This document shows, piece by piece, positions 11,665 to 18,425 of a DNA stretch of 18,425 nucleotides. The notes under the pieces are model-generated. The model saw only the letters and a program-made list of their open reading frames with translations. It made no database searches and was not told the origin of the DNA. This DNA comes from a virus. The stretch lies in the IMG/VR virus record IMGVR_UViG_3300045163_000016; one strand, given 5' to 3'. Each line of letters begins with the position of its first letter. Position 1 is the first letter of the stretch. The position numbers and the translations under genes were made by a program.

Positions 11665-13209
11665 TCAGTCTCCGATCTCGGCCGCGTAGGCCGTGAGAGC
11701 GTCACGTGCGGGGGTCGCGACGACGGGGCGGGTGATCGCTGCGGCCAGCGCCGCCGCGCCGGCGGTGTTGGGGTGGAGCTCGTCGGTGCCGTTGCCGCCC
11801 CGGTACTCGGGTCGCAGGACTGTGTCGTCGGTCGAGACGGCGGCCGCGAAGTCGAACACGTCGATCACGCCGTGCGGGAGGGTCTTGAGCCATGCCGCGT
11901 GCTCGCGCCGGACCGCGTTCTGCGCTTCGGTCTTGTTCGCGTGCGGGGTGACGGTGGAGACAGCCACGACGGGGGAGATGTGCGCGCGGATCATCGGGAG
12001 GGTCGTCTCGAACCGCTCCCGCATGATCGCCGCTGTGGTCGCGGTGCCGAGGTCGTTCTGGCCCATCACGTGGATCACCGCATCCGCGAGCGGGAAGTCC
12101 GCCCAGCGCGTCCACTTCTGGTCGGCGGGGTTCGTCCACAGCACCATGCCGGAGCCGGGATACGCCCAGTGCACCGGCAGCGCACCGATCGACCGTGCGT
12201 ACTGAGACAGCCACGAGTCGTTGAGGATCAGACTGGTGCCCGTCCCCGCCGTGATCGAGTCGCCGTAGCCCGCGATCGTGGGCGTGGTCGGGGCGGTCTC
12301 CGCCTCGATCCACCAGTCGAACGGCACCCAGCTGCTCACTGAGAAGCCCGCCCCGGACTGTGCCGACGCGGTACCGGACGAGGCGGACACCCACGCGCCG
12401 CCCGCCGTGCGCACCTTCGGAGAGGACGTGGACGCGGTCCAGCCGACCGAGAGCATCTGCTGCACGCCGGCGTCGAGCGGGGCGCTGATCCACGGGGTGA
12501 CGACCTCGGACCCGTCCGTGGGGATCGTCAGGCCGTCGGCGACCTTGGTGGGCGCGGCAGTGAACGCCCCGGCCCAGCCCTTCCCGAGCCACACCCCGGT
12601 CACGGTGCCGCCGCTGGTGAGGGGGGTGCCCGACGCGTAGTTGTAGTTCCGGACGTGCAGCCGCCACCTCGTGACGGTCGCGCCGTAGTGGAGCGGGAAC
12701 CGGATCGCGCCCGCTCCCGCGGCGTCTTCGCCCGAGGCGGTCGCTGCCGTGAGCGCGAGTGGGACCCGCTTGAGCGCAGACCCCGATCCGCGCCCGCCCT
12801 CCACGAGGGGCGGGGCGACCGCCCCTGCGTCCATGCGCGTCCACTCCGACCAGTACGTGCCGTAGAACCGCTTCCACTGAGAGGTCTGGGTCCCGTAGGG
12901 GAATGCTATCTGTGTACGGGCGGCGCCGGTGCCGGTCGGGGGCGGCAGCACGAGGACTGTCCCCGAGGTCGGCACCTCGGTCGGGGGGATGTTCGCGGTG
13001 TCGGACCAGTACCCGTGCAGGCCGGGAGTCGTGAACGTGTCAAGGTCCCCGCCGGAGCCCGCGAAGGGCTTGATGAACCGGGCATCGTTCACGAGGTCGA
13101 GGGTCACGCGGGCGTTCTGCCGGATCGCGTCGTCCCCGCCCGAGATGAGGTTGGTGCCGACGGGGGTGGAGAATCCGGCGGCGCGGGCGTCAGCGTCGGT
13201 CGATGCCAT
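11665..13209 (-). CDS. Minor tail / fibre-like protein with C-terminal SGNH (GDSL-type) hydrolase domain, 514 aa
   Basis: SGNH blocks: GYGDSITAG (Ser), PGSGM (Gly), GQNDL (Asn), DELHPN (Asp-x-x-His). The N-terminus is typical of actinophage minor tail proteins (TPGLHGYW...GTVLVL...WSEW). AAGGAA RBS. Confidence 0.75.
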   Translation of the reverse strand: MASTDADARAAGFSTPVGTNLISGGDDAIRQNARVTLDLVNDARFIKPFAGSGGDLDTFTTPGLHGYWSDTANIPPTEVPTSGTVLVLPPPTGTGAARTQIAFPYGTQTSQWKRFYGTYWSEWTRMDAGAVAPPLVEGGRGSGSALKRVPLALTAATASGEDAAGAGAIRFPLHYGATVTRWRLHVRNYNYASGTPLTSGGTVTGVWLGKGWAGAFTAAPTKVADGLTIPTDGSEVVTPWISAPLDAGVQQMLSVGWTASTSSPKVRTAGGAWVSASSGTASAQSGAGFSVSSWVPFDWWIEAETAPTTPTIAGYGDSITAGTGTSLILNDSWLSQYARSIGALPVHWAYPGSGMVLWTNPADQKWTRWADFPLADAVIHVMGQNDLGTATTAAIMRERFETTLPMIRAHISPVVAVSTVTPHANKTEAQNAVRREHAAWLKTLPHGVIDVFDFAAAVSTDDTVLRPEYRGGNGTDELHPNTAGAAALAAAITRPVVATPARDALTAYAAEIGD

Positions 13210-13222
13210 GGCGGTGTTCCTT

Positions 13223-14482
13223 TCAGGCGTCCCACGTGCGGGTCTCGGCGTCCCACGCGGTGATGAAGCTGTCCCACGCGAGCGGGGGGACGGTCGGGGT
13301 CGGGGTGCCCGCGCCGAGGGCGTGGGGGATGAGAGACAGGTCGAATCGCCACTCGGACGGGGTGATGGTCTCGGTGATGCCCTCGGCGTAGTGCACGCCT
13401 CGGAGCCGGGGTGGCCAGTCGCCAGAGAGGTAGATCGGCTCGCCAGCCTCGAGGGTGAGCAGCTGCCCCGCGATCTTGAGCGAATATTCGGTGCCCATGC
13501 GGAGCAGCATGAGCAGGTCGATGCTCAGCTCGGGCAGGCTGTAGACGGAGACTGCGCGGGAGTGCGCGTCGGACCATGCGGACCGCCAGAGCTGGTTGTC
13601 GAGATCTCCCATGCGCCAGCGGGTCCAGTCGCGGGTCTCGCGCATCACGGTCTCGCCGGTCGGGTTCGGCGGCTCGACGGAGCGGGTGCGGAGCGAACCG
13701 TCGGTGATGTACGCGGTGTAGTCGATCGGGGTGGCGGGCCGCTCGCCCATCTGCTCATAACGGGCGGGGGCGAGGGCCTGGTGACGCATCAGCGGCCACT
13801 GCGTCGCCATGCGGTTCGCGGCCCACCACTCGCGGTGCTTGTGCCCCCACGCGACGGTCGTCCCGTCGCGCTGTTCCTGCATCACGATGCCGATGTCGGC
13901 GGCGAGGCCGGTGAGCGCCTGCGGGTACAGCTGCGGGTCGCCGGCCGCGTGGTGCTGCAGCTGCGCGCCGTCCACGCGGGTGATCAGGTCGGTGCCTCGC
14001 ACGGGGTCGTCCTGGAACGTGAGGCGCTCGAGCACGTCGGTGAGCAGCTCGCCAGCGGCCGGCGCCACGTGGCGGGGGGAGTGCGCGAGCTGCGCCATCC
14101 ACGACACGGCAGTGAGCTTGGTCGAGACTCGCCGCGCCCGGTCCTCGACGCTGACAGCGCCGAGCCTGCCGGTGTAGCGGGTGCTGATCGAGTCGGCGGT
14201 GACGCCCACGAGGTCAGCGAGCCGATCGACGTGCACGTCGCGAAGCCAGACGTGGAACGGGGACCCGGCAGCGAATCCGTCATACCGTCCGGTGACGGTC
14301 GCCTCGACGGTGGCGGGGAGGTATCCCGAGGTCTTGCTGTTCGCGCCTCGGGTGATGCTGATCTGCTGAATATCGGTGTGGTTGAACGTGTCGACGTTGG
14401 ACGCGCTGATGCCGATGATGTTGGTGCCGTAGCCGACCAGCGGGTCGAGGGTGCGCTGCAGGCGCGACGGGATCGTCCTCAT
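13223..14482 (-). CDS. Minor tail protein in the distal-tail (Dit) position, 419 aa
   Basis: ATGA overlap with the tape-measure stop. Assigned by its position immediately after the TMP; no motif recognised. Confidence 0.55.
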   Translation of the reverse strand: MRTIPSRLQRTLDPLVGYGTNIIGISASNVDTFNHTDIQQISITRGANSKTSGYLPATVEATVTGRYDGFAAGSPFHVWLRDVHVDRLADLVGVTADSISTRYTGRLGAVSVEDRARRVSTKLTAVSWMAQLAHSPRHVAPAAGELLTDVLERLTFQDDPVRGTDLITRVDGAQLQHHAAGDPQLYPQALTGLAADIGIVMQEQRDGTTVAWGHKHREWWAANRMATQWPLMRHQALAPARYEQMGERPATPIDYTAYITDGSLRTRSVEPPNPTGETVMRETRDWTRWRMGDLDNQLWRSAWSDAHSRAVSVYSLPELSIDLLMLLRMGTEYSLKIAGQLLTLEAGEPIYLSGDWPPRLRGVHYAEGITETITPSEWRFDLSLIPHALGAGTPTPTVPPLAWDSFITAWDAETRTWDA

Positions 14483-16527
14483 GCCCCTGCCCCGATCAGC
14501 TGGCGGCGACGCGCGATGAGGCGCTCGAGCTCGCGGGCGAGGGAGAGCTCGTCACCGACGAACGCACCGTCGATATGGATGTGCACGTTCTGCGGGGCCG
14601 CGCTGCTGCGCGCGCCGCCGCTGCCGATCGTGGGGAGACCGATGCGGGGCGCATCGGGCACCTCGACCAGCCCGGACATGGCGCGGCCGGCGCCGCGCTG
14701 CATCCGGTCGATGCCCTGGATCAGGCCCTCGCCGGTCCACAGGCCGACCTGCCTCATGACCTTGGACGGCGAGGCGATGCCGAGCTTGGACTTGATCGAG
14801 TTGATCGCGCCGCCGGCGAGGTCGCCAGCCTTGTTCTTGAGCGCGGAGCCCATGGAGCCGATGCCGTTGATCAGGCCCTGGATCAGGTCCTTGCCGGCTT
14901 GCTTGAGCAGCTCGCCCATGTTGCCGAGCCCGTCCTTGATCTTGCCGGGGATCTCCTTGACCTTGCCGATCAGGTCGCCGATCTTGGTGCCCACGGTGGA
15001 GACGATCAGCGCGAACCCTGTGGTGAACGTGCTCTTGACCTGCTCGACGGACTGCCCGGTCAGGGTGGAGATCCACGTCATGCCGTTCTGGATGATGCCC
15101 TTCACGAACGTGATCGCACCGTCCACGATGCCCTTGATGCCCTCCCAGGCACCGGCCCAGTCGCCGCGGAGCAGGGCGGCGACGGTGTTGAGCACGCCGA
15201 CGATGATCTGGATCGCGCCCTTGATCTGCGTCACGAGGCCGCCGAAGATCCCCGTCACGAGCGGCAGCAGCCACTCGATCGCGGGGCCGAGGATGCCGAG
15301 CACCGTGTTGACGATCGACATGATCGGCGGCACGGCGCTGAGGATCACGGGGATGAGCGTCTGGACGGCCCCGATGATCGCGGGGACGACGGCGGTGATC
15401 ACGCTCTGGATGATCGGCAGCGCCTGCTGGACGATGCCGATGATCGCGGGGATCGCGACCGAGGCGACGTTCATGATGACGGGGATCAGGCCCTGCACGG
15501 CCGAGATGATCGTGGGGATCACGGCCTGGCCGAAGCTGATGAGCGTGGGCAGGAACATCTGCACGGCCGTGCCGATGGACATGAACGCGGTCATGAGCGA
15601 GCCCATGATCGGGGCGAGCAGGCTGGTCGCGGTGCCGATCAGGTCGAACCCGCCACCGAGCCCGGACAGCATCGGGCCGACCTGCGCGATCGCGTTGGAG
15701 ATGTGGGGGCCGATCAGGTTCGCGAACTGCTCGAGTCCCGGCATCACGGAGCCGGTCAGGAACGTGAGCAGCGTCGTGAGGATCGGAAGCAGCAGCATGC
15801 CGATCTGCGCGGTGAAGTTGCCCCACTGCGCGGTGAGGATCTGCATCTGACCGGCCATGGTGCCGGTCTCCTTGCCGAAGTTGCCGTGAGCGTCGGCGGT
15901 CTGCTCCATGATCAGCGCGAGGGTCGCGGCCTGCTGCGCCTCGTCGGTCAGTGCGCCGCCGACCTTGGTGAACCCCATCTCTGCGGCCTTCGCGTCGATC
16001 GACGCCTGCTTGAGCGAGACACCGTATGCCTCGATGGGGTCACGCTCGCCCTTGAGCGCCGAGCTGATCGCGCCCACGGCGTCGGCGGTGGTGCCGCCGA
16101 ACATCGACGCCATGTCCGCGCCGGCGGTCATCAGCTCGTCGGTCTTGCCGGCGAGCTCGTCCATGGACGTGCCGCCGTTCTTGAGCTGCGTGCCCATGAG
16201 CGTGGCGAGCTCGCGGTACTCGTTGCCGGTGAGGCCGAGGTTGGTCGCGGCGTCGTCGGCGAAGGCGTGCACCTGGTCGGCGCTGCCCTTGAACACGGCA
16301 TCGACCGCGCCCATGGACTGCTCGAGGTCACCTGCGGCCTTCACGCCGGTGACGCCGAGGCCGATGAGCGCGCCGCCAGCGACGGTGGCCGCGCCGAGCG
16401 CGGCGCCGCCGAGGCCCTTCATCACGGAGCCGAGACCGCCGGCCTTGCGCTCGACGCCGCCCATCGCATCGACTGCGCCCTTGGCATCGCCCAGGATGCG
16501 CACGGAGAGGATCGCGGTCTTAGCCAC
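14479..16527 (-). CDS. Tail tape measure protein, 682 aa
   Basis: It is the longest gene and follows the chaperone pair. It has an N-terminal helical TMP core (AAGDLEQSMGAVDAVF...GERDPIEAYGVSL) and a long Gly/Ile/Val-rich periodic hydrophobic region. GTG start. Confidence 0.85.
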   Translation of the reverse strand: MAKTAILSVRILGDAKGAVDAMGGVERKAGGLGSVMKGLGGAALGAATVAGGALIGLGVTGVKAAGDLEQSMGAVDAVFKGSADQVHAFADDAATNLGLTGNEYRELATLMGTQLKNGGTSMDELAGKTDELMTAGADMASMFGGTTADAVGAISSALKGERDPIEAYGVSLKQASIDAKAAEMGFTKVGGALTDEAQQAATLALIMEQTADAHGNFGKETGTMAGQMQILTAQWGNFTAQIGMLLLPILTTLLTFLTGSVMPGLEQFANLIGPHISNAIAQVGPMLSGLGGGFDLIGTATSLLAPIMGSLMTAFMSIGTAVQMFLPTLISFGQAVIPTIISAVQGLIPVIMNVASVAIPAIIGIVQQALPIIQSVITAVVPAIIGAVQTLIPVILSAVPPIMSIVNTVLGILGPAIEWLLPLVTGIFGGLVTQIKGAIQIIVGVLNTVAALLRGDWAGAWEGIKGIVDGAITFVKGIIQNGMTWISTLTGQSVEQVKSTFTTGFALIVSTVGTKIGDLIGKVKEIPGKIKDGLGNMGELLKQAGKDLIQGLINGIGSMGSALKNKAGDLAGGAINSIKSKLGIASPSKVMRQVGLWTGEGLIQGIDRMQRGAGRAMSGLVEVPDAPRIGLPTIGSGGARSSAAPQNVHIHIDGAFVGDELSLARELERLIARRRQLIGAGA

Positions 16528-16956
16528 GGTAGCGCCTCGCTTCCTCGTGCTCCTCGAGCAGCAGCTCGATCGCGGTGTCTAGGTAGATCGGGTCCCCGGC
16601 GATCCACTCCTCGGCGGTGATGCCGGAGCGGATCGCCAGGGCGGTGATCAGGCGGACGTATCCGCCGGAGTAGGGTCCTCGTCGTCGGAGGGCTCCTCGG
16701 AGGAGACCTGCACGTCGATCAGCTCGGGCAGCAGCTCCTCGTAGGTCATGCCCTCGCGGGGCAGCTGCCCGATGCGCTCGAGCACGGCGTAGGCGAAGAA
16801 CGAGCCCATCCGGATCTCGTCGCGGGAGAGATCCCAGTTGTTGGCGCGGGCGGTGCGCTCGAGCCGGATCTTGTCGGCGAAGATGATCCGCTCGGGGCCG
16901 ATCACGTCGCCGTTCGTCAGCTCGACGGCGACGAGATTCTTCTTGAGACCTGCCAT
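16520..16956 (-). CDS. Tail assembly chaperone, predicted -1 frameshift product (G-T-like)
   Basis: The -1 frame is open through the 3' part of G and continues for 41 codons past the G stop (..LITALAIRSGITAEEWIAGDPIYLDTAIELLLEEHEEARRYRG). It ends at TAA 16522-16520, overlapping the TMP GTG. The exact slip site is not identified. Confidence 0.5.
16648..16956 (-). CDS. Tail assembly chaperone (G-like), 102 aa
   Basis: Lies just upstream of the TMP and has an acidic C-terminus (SSEEPSDDEDP). The -1 frame stays open beyond its stop. Confidence 0.7.
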   Translation of the reverse strand: MAGLKKNLVAVELTNGDVIGPERIIFADKIRLERTARANNWDLSRDEIRMGSFFAYAVLERIGQLPREGMTYEELLPELIDVQVSSEEPSDDEDPTPADTSA

Positions 16957-17339
16957 TACTTGCCCTTCACTTTCGCTAGTGCTTCGTCCATGAGCTCCTG
17001 GTAGAGCGGGACCCAGATGCTTTCGGTGGCCTGTGCGCCCTCGGTGATGTAGGGCCGTGCCTCGATCCCGCGTGCCGGCCAGCCCCAGTGGATCGGGCCG
17101 GCGTACGGGATCTTCTTGCGGCCGGCGCGGATCGTGCCGGCGGTCTTGGTGCCCGAGGCGCGGATGTCCCCGGCGAGCTGCCCGGTGACGCGCGGTGCGC
17201 GGGCTCGGGCAGCTTCGGCGGCGATCTGCGCCGCTTGGAGGTTCGCGGCCTTGAGGTCCTCGAGGTCATCGCCCGCTGCCTTGAGCGTGCGCCGGAGCTC
17301 GCGAGCACCGTCAACCTGCACGAGGGGCCGCTTGGCCAT
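16956..17339 (-). CDS. HK97 gp10-family neck/tail-completion protein, 127 aa
   Basis: ARAPRVTGQLAGDIRASG...GRKKIPYAGPIHWGWPARGIEARPYI fits the HK97-gp10-like pattern. ATG at 17339 is 1 nt after the upstream stop. The longer ORF-track version overlaps the tail-tube gene. Confidence 0.6.
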   Translation of the reverse strand: MAKRPLVQVDGARELRRTLKAAGDDLEDLKAANLQAAQIAAEAARARAPRVTGQLAGDIRASGTKTAGTIRAGRKKIPYAGPIHWGWPARGIEARPYITEGAQATESIWVPLYQELMDEALAKVKGK

Positions 17340-17340
17340 G

Positions 17341-17763
17341 TCAGCCGCCGATCGTCTCGATGGTCGGCAGACCGATGCAGCGCCACTCGAACTCGGCGGT
17401 GTTCGCGGTCTTGACCTCGCCGCCGACGGTGACGGGCCGGACCACGGCCTCGCCCTTCCACGACAGCTCGGCATCGTTGCGGGGCGTGAACACGAACGGG
17501 AGGGTCTCCCCGTTGTTGTCCCACGTCCACTTCACGAGGCCCTCGACGGTGTACTCCTGCAGGAACTCGCCGGAGATGGTGACCTCGGGGGTCGCGTCGC
17601 CGTCCACGAACTGGTCGCCGGACAGGGTCGGGATGGGGTCCTCCTCGTCGAAGGACGGGTTGATCGCGCACGTGGTGACGTGGGACGCGAACTCCTGCTC
17701 GGAGCCGGTGGCGCCGAACTTGAGGGAGCCGGGGCCGAGCTTGTGGGCGGAGACGTTGGCCAT
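17341..17763 (-). CDS. Putative major tail (tube) protein, 140 aa
   Basis: Beta-rich sequence of tube-protein type (GPGSLKFGATG...ISGEFLQEY...FVFTPRND...GEVKT). Size and location in the neck-tail block fit. Confidence 0.55.
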   Translation of the reverse strand: MANVSAHKLGPGSLKFGATGSEQEFASHVTTCAINPSFDEEDPIPTLSGDQFVDGDATPEVTISGEFLQEYTVEGLVKWTWDNNGETLPFVFTPRNDAELSWKGEAVVRPVTVGGEVKTANTAEFEWRCIGLPTIETIGG

Positions 17764-17781
17764 GATGGGGCCGCCTTTCGA

Positions 17782-18141
17782 TCAGGTGTGCTCTGTGGTG
17801 AAGGTGAGGGTGTAGCCGGGGAAGGTGCGGTCGGCGATGGTGTACGTCTCGGGGCGGGCCGAGTCGGGCAGCAGCACCGGCGCGAGCTCGGCGAGGATCG
17901 GCTCGAACATGCCGGACGCCTCGGTCGGGTCGGCGGTCGGGGTGATCGCCCAGAGCGTCCACGTCGCGGTAACCCGTGTCGCGGTCGCGTACTCGAGCGA
18001 GGGCGGCAGCACGATCAGCGCGGGCGAGCCGCCGGAGATCGCCGAGACCGCCTCGTGCGGCTGGTCGGTGACGGCCACCTCGAGGCCGACGAGCGCGGTG
18101 CGGGCCTCGGCGAGGATCTGCAGAGTGGTCTCGGCGATCAT
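17782..18141 (-). CDS. Neck protein (head-closure / tail-terminator-like), 119 aa
   Basis: ATG at 18141 forms an ATGA overlap with the connector stop. Size and position lie between the connector and the tube. No motif confidently recognised. Confidence 0.45.
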   Translation of the reverse strand: MIAETTLQILAEARTALVGLEVAVTDQPHEAVSAISGGSPALIVLPPSLEYATATRVTATWTLWAITPTADPTEASGMFEPILAELAPVLLPDSARPETYTIADRTFPGYTLTFTTEHT

Positions 18142-18425
18142 GCGAGCCCCGGGCCGAGGTAGGGGCGAAGCATCGGCCACGCCGGCGTCATGGGGTCGAG
18201 CGCGGGCCTCATCGGGTTGCCCATCGTCTCGGGGTCGGCGTAGTTCGCCGTCCCGATCGAGGACACGCGCCGCTGGTAGAGGTTCGCGCCGACCTCGAGG
18301 ATCGCGGCCGAGAGCACCGACTCGGGCACGGACGCGGCGCCCACCTTGTCGGAGACGAGCTGCGCGGCGCGCGCCTTGCTGTCATCGACGAAGGGGGCAT
18401 CGCGCTCGCTCGCTCGCACGTACCC
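18138..18425 (-). CDS. Head-to-tail connector (gp6-like), C-terminal part of the junction-spanning gene (see 1..184)
   Basis: Same reading frame as 1..184 once the 127-bp overlap is collapsed. The M at 18419 in the ORF track is an internal GTG (Val22). Confidence 0.6.
   Translation of the reverse strand, partial: GYVRASERDAPFVDDSKARAAQLVSDKVGAASVPESVLSAAILEVGANLYQRRVSSIGTANYADPETMGNPMRPALDPMTPAWPMLRPYLGPGLA
18299..18425. repeat. Right copy of the 127-bp terminal direct repeat
   Basis: Identical to 1-127. Confidence 0.95.

Larger units (their letters stand above)
1..18425. mobile_element. Complete, circularly closed genome of a small temperate siphovirus-like actinophage (unit length 18,298 bp), unintegrated form
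   Basis: The window ends repeat each other exactly (1-127 = 18299-18425). It holds a full HK97-type packaging/head/tail/lysis module plus a tyrosine integrase and a repressor with an unrecombined attP. GC is very high and GC3 is high in every called gene. Confidence 0.85.

Noticed and set aside
12929-15850. A 973-aa plus-strand ORF, and similar long ORFs (1072..1947 +, 1935..3164 +, 3115..4440 +, 14575..16620 +, 14552..15826 -, 11293..12342 +, 11702..12877 -).
   Set aside because: They lie antisense or out of frame to genes with clear phage motifs. They are Arg/Gly/Pro/Ala-rich low-complexity translations, typical of stop-poor alternative frames at ~70% GC. None has a recognisable motif or RBS.

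Overview
The window is a complete, circularly closed genome with a unit length of 18,298 bp (bases 1-127 are identical to 18299-18425). It belongs to a very small, high-GC, actinobacterial-type temperate phage with siphovirus-like tail genes, captured in its unintegrated form.

About 17 kb is a single minus-strand gene chain, much of it linked by ATGA/GTGA/TAATG start-stop overlaps. In transcription order it runs: Cro/Xis-like HTH, small early genes, a 575-bp non-coding tract, further small genes, HNH endonuclease, candidate cos region, TerS, TerL, portal, fused prohead protease-major capsid protein, head-tail connector (spans the window junction), neck and tail-tube genes, G/G-T chaperones, tape measure, minor tail proteins (one with an SGNH-hydrolase domain), amidase endolysin, membrane protein and a 2-TM holin. 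Only two genes are on the plus strand: an XRE-type repressor and a small tyrosine integrase.

The main finding is an integration-dependent-immunity architecture. The attP core, which matches the 3' part of a tRNA-Arg(CCG), lies inside the repressor ORF. The integrase follows immediately downstream, and both proteins end in -AAA.

Other leads:
- No recognisable replication genes, but a small Cys-rich early protein ends in a consensus beta-clamp-binding motif (QLSLF).
- The 575-bp non-coding tract is strongly strand-skewed; its transcript would be C/A-rich and almost U-free.
- GGGGTGCCC repeats phased at 21 bp sit upstream of the HNH/cos/terminase block.
- Two translationally coupled micro-ORFs encode single-TM peptides.
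- The protease-capsid fusion carries an internal SD+ATG.

All functional calls are motif or architecture recognition by eye. No database search or structure prediction was run.
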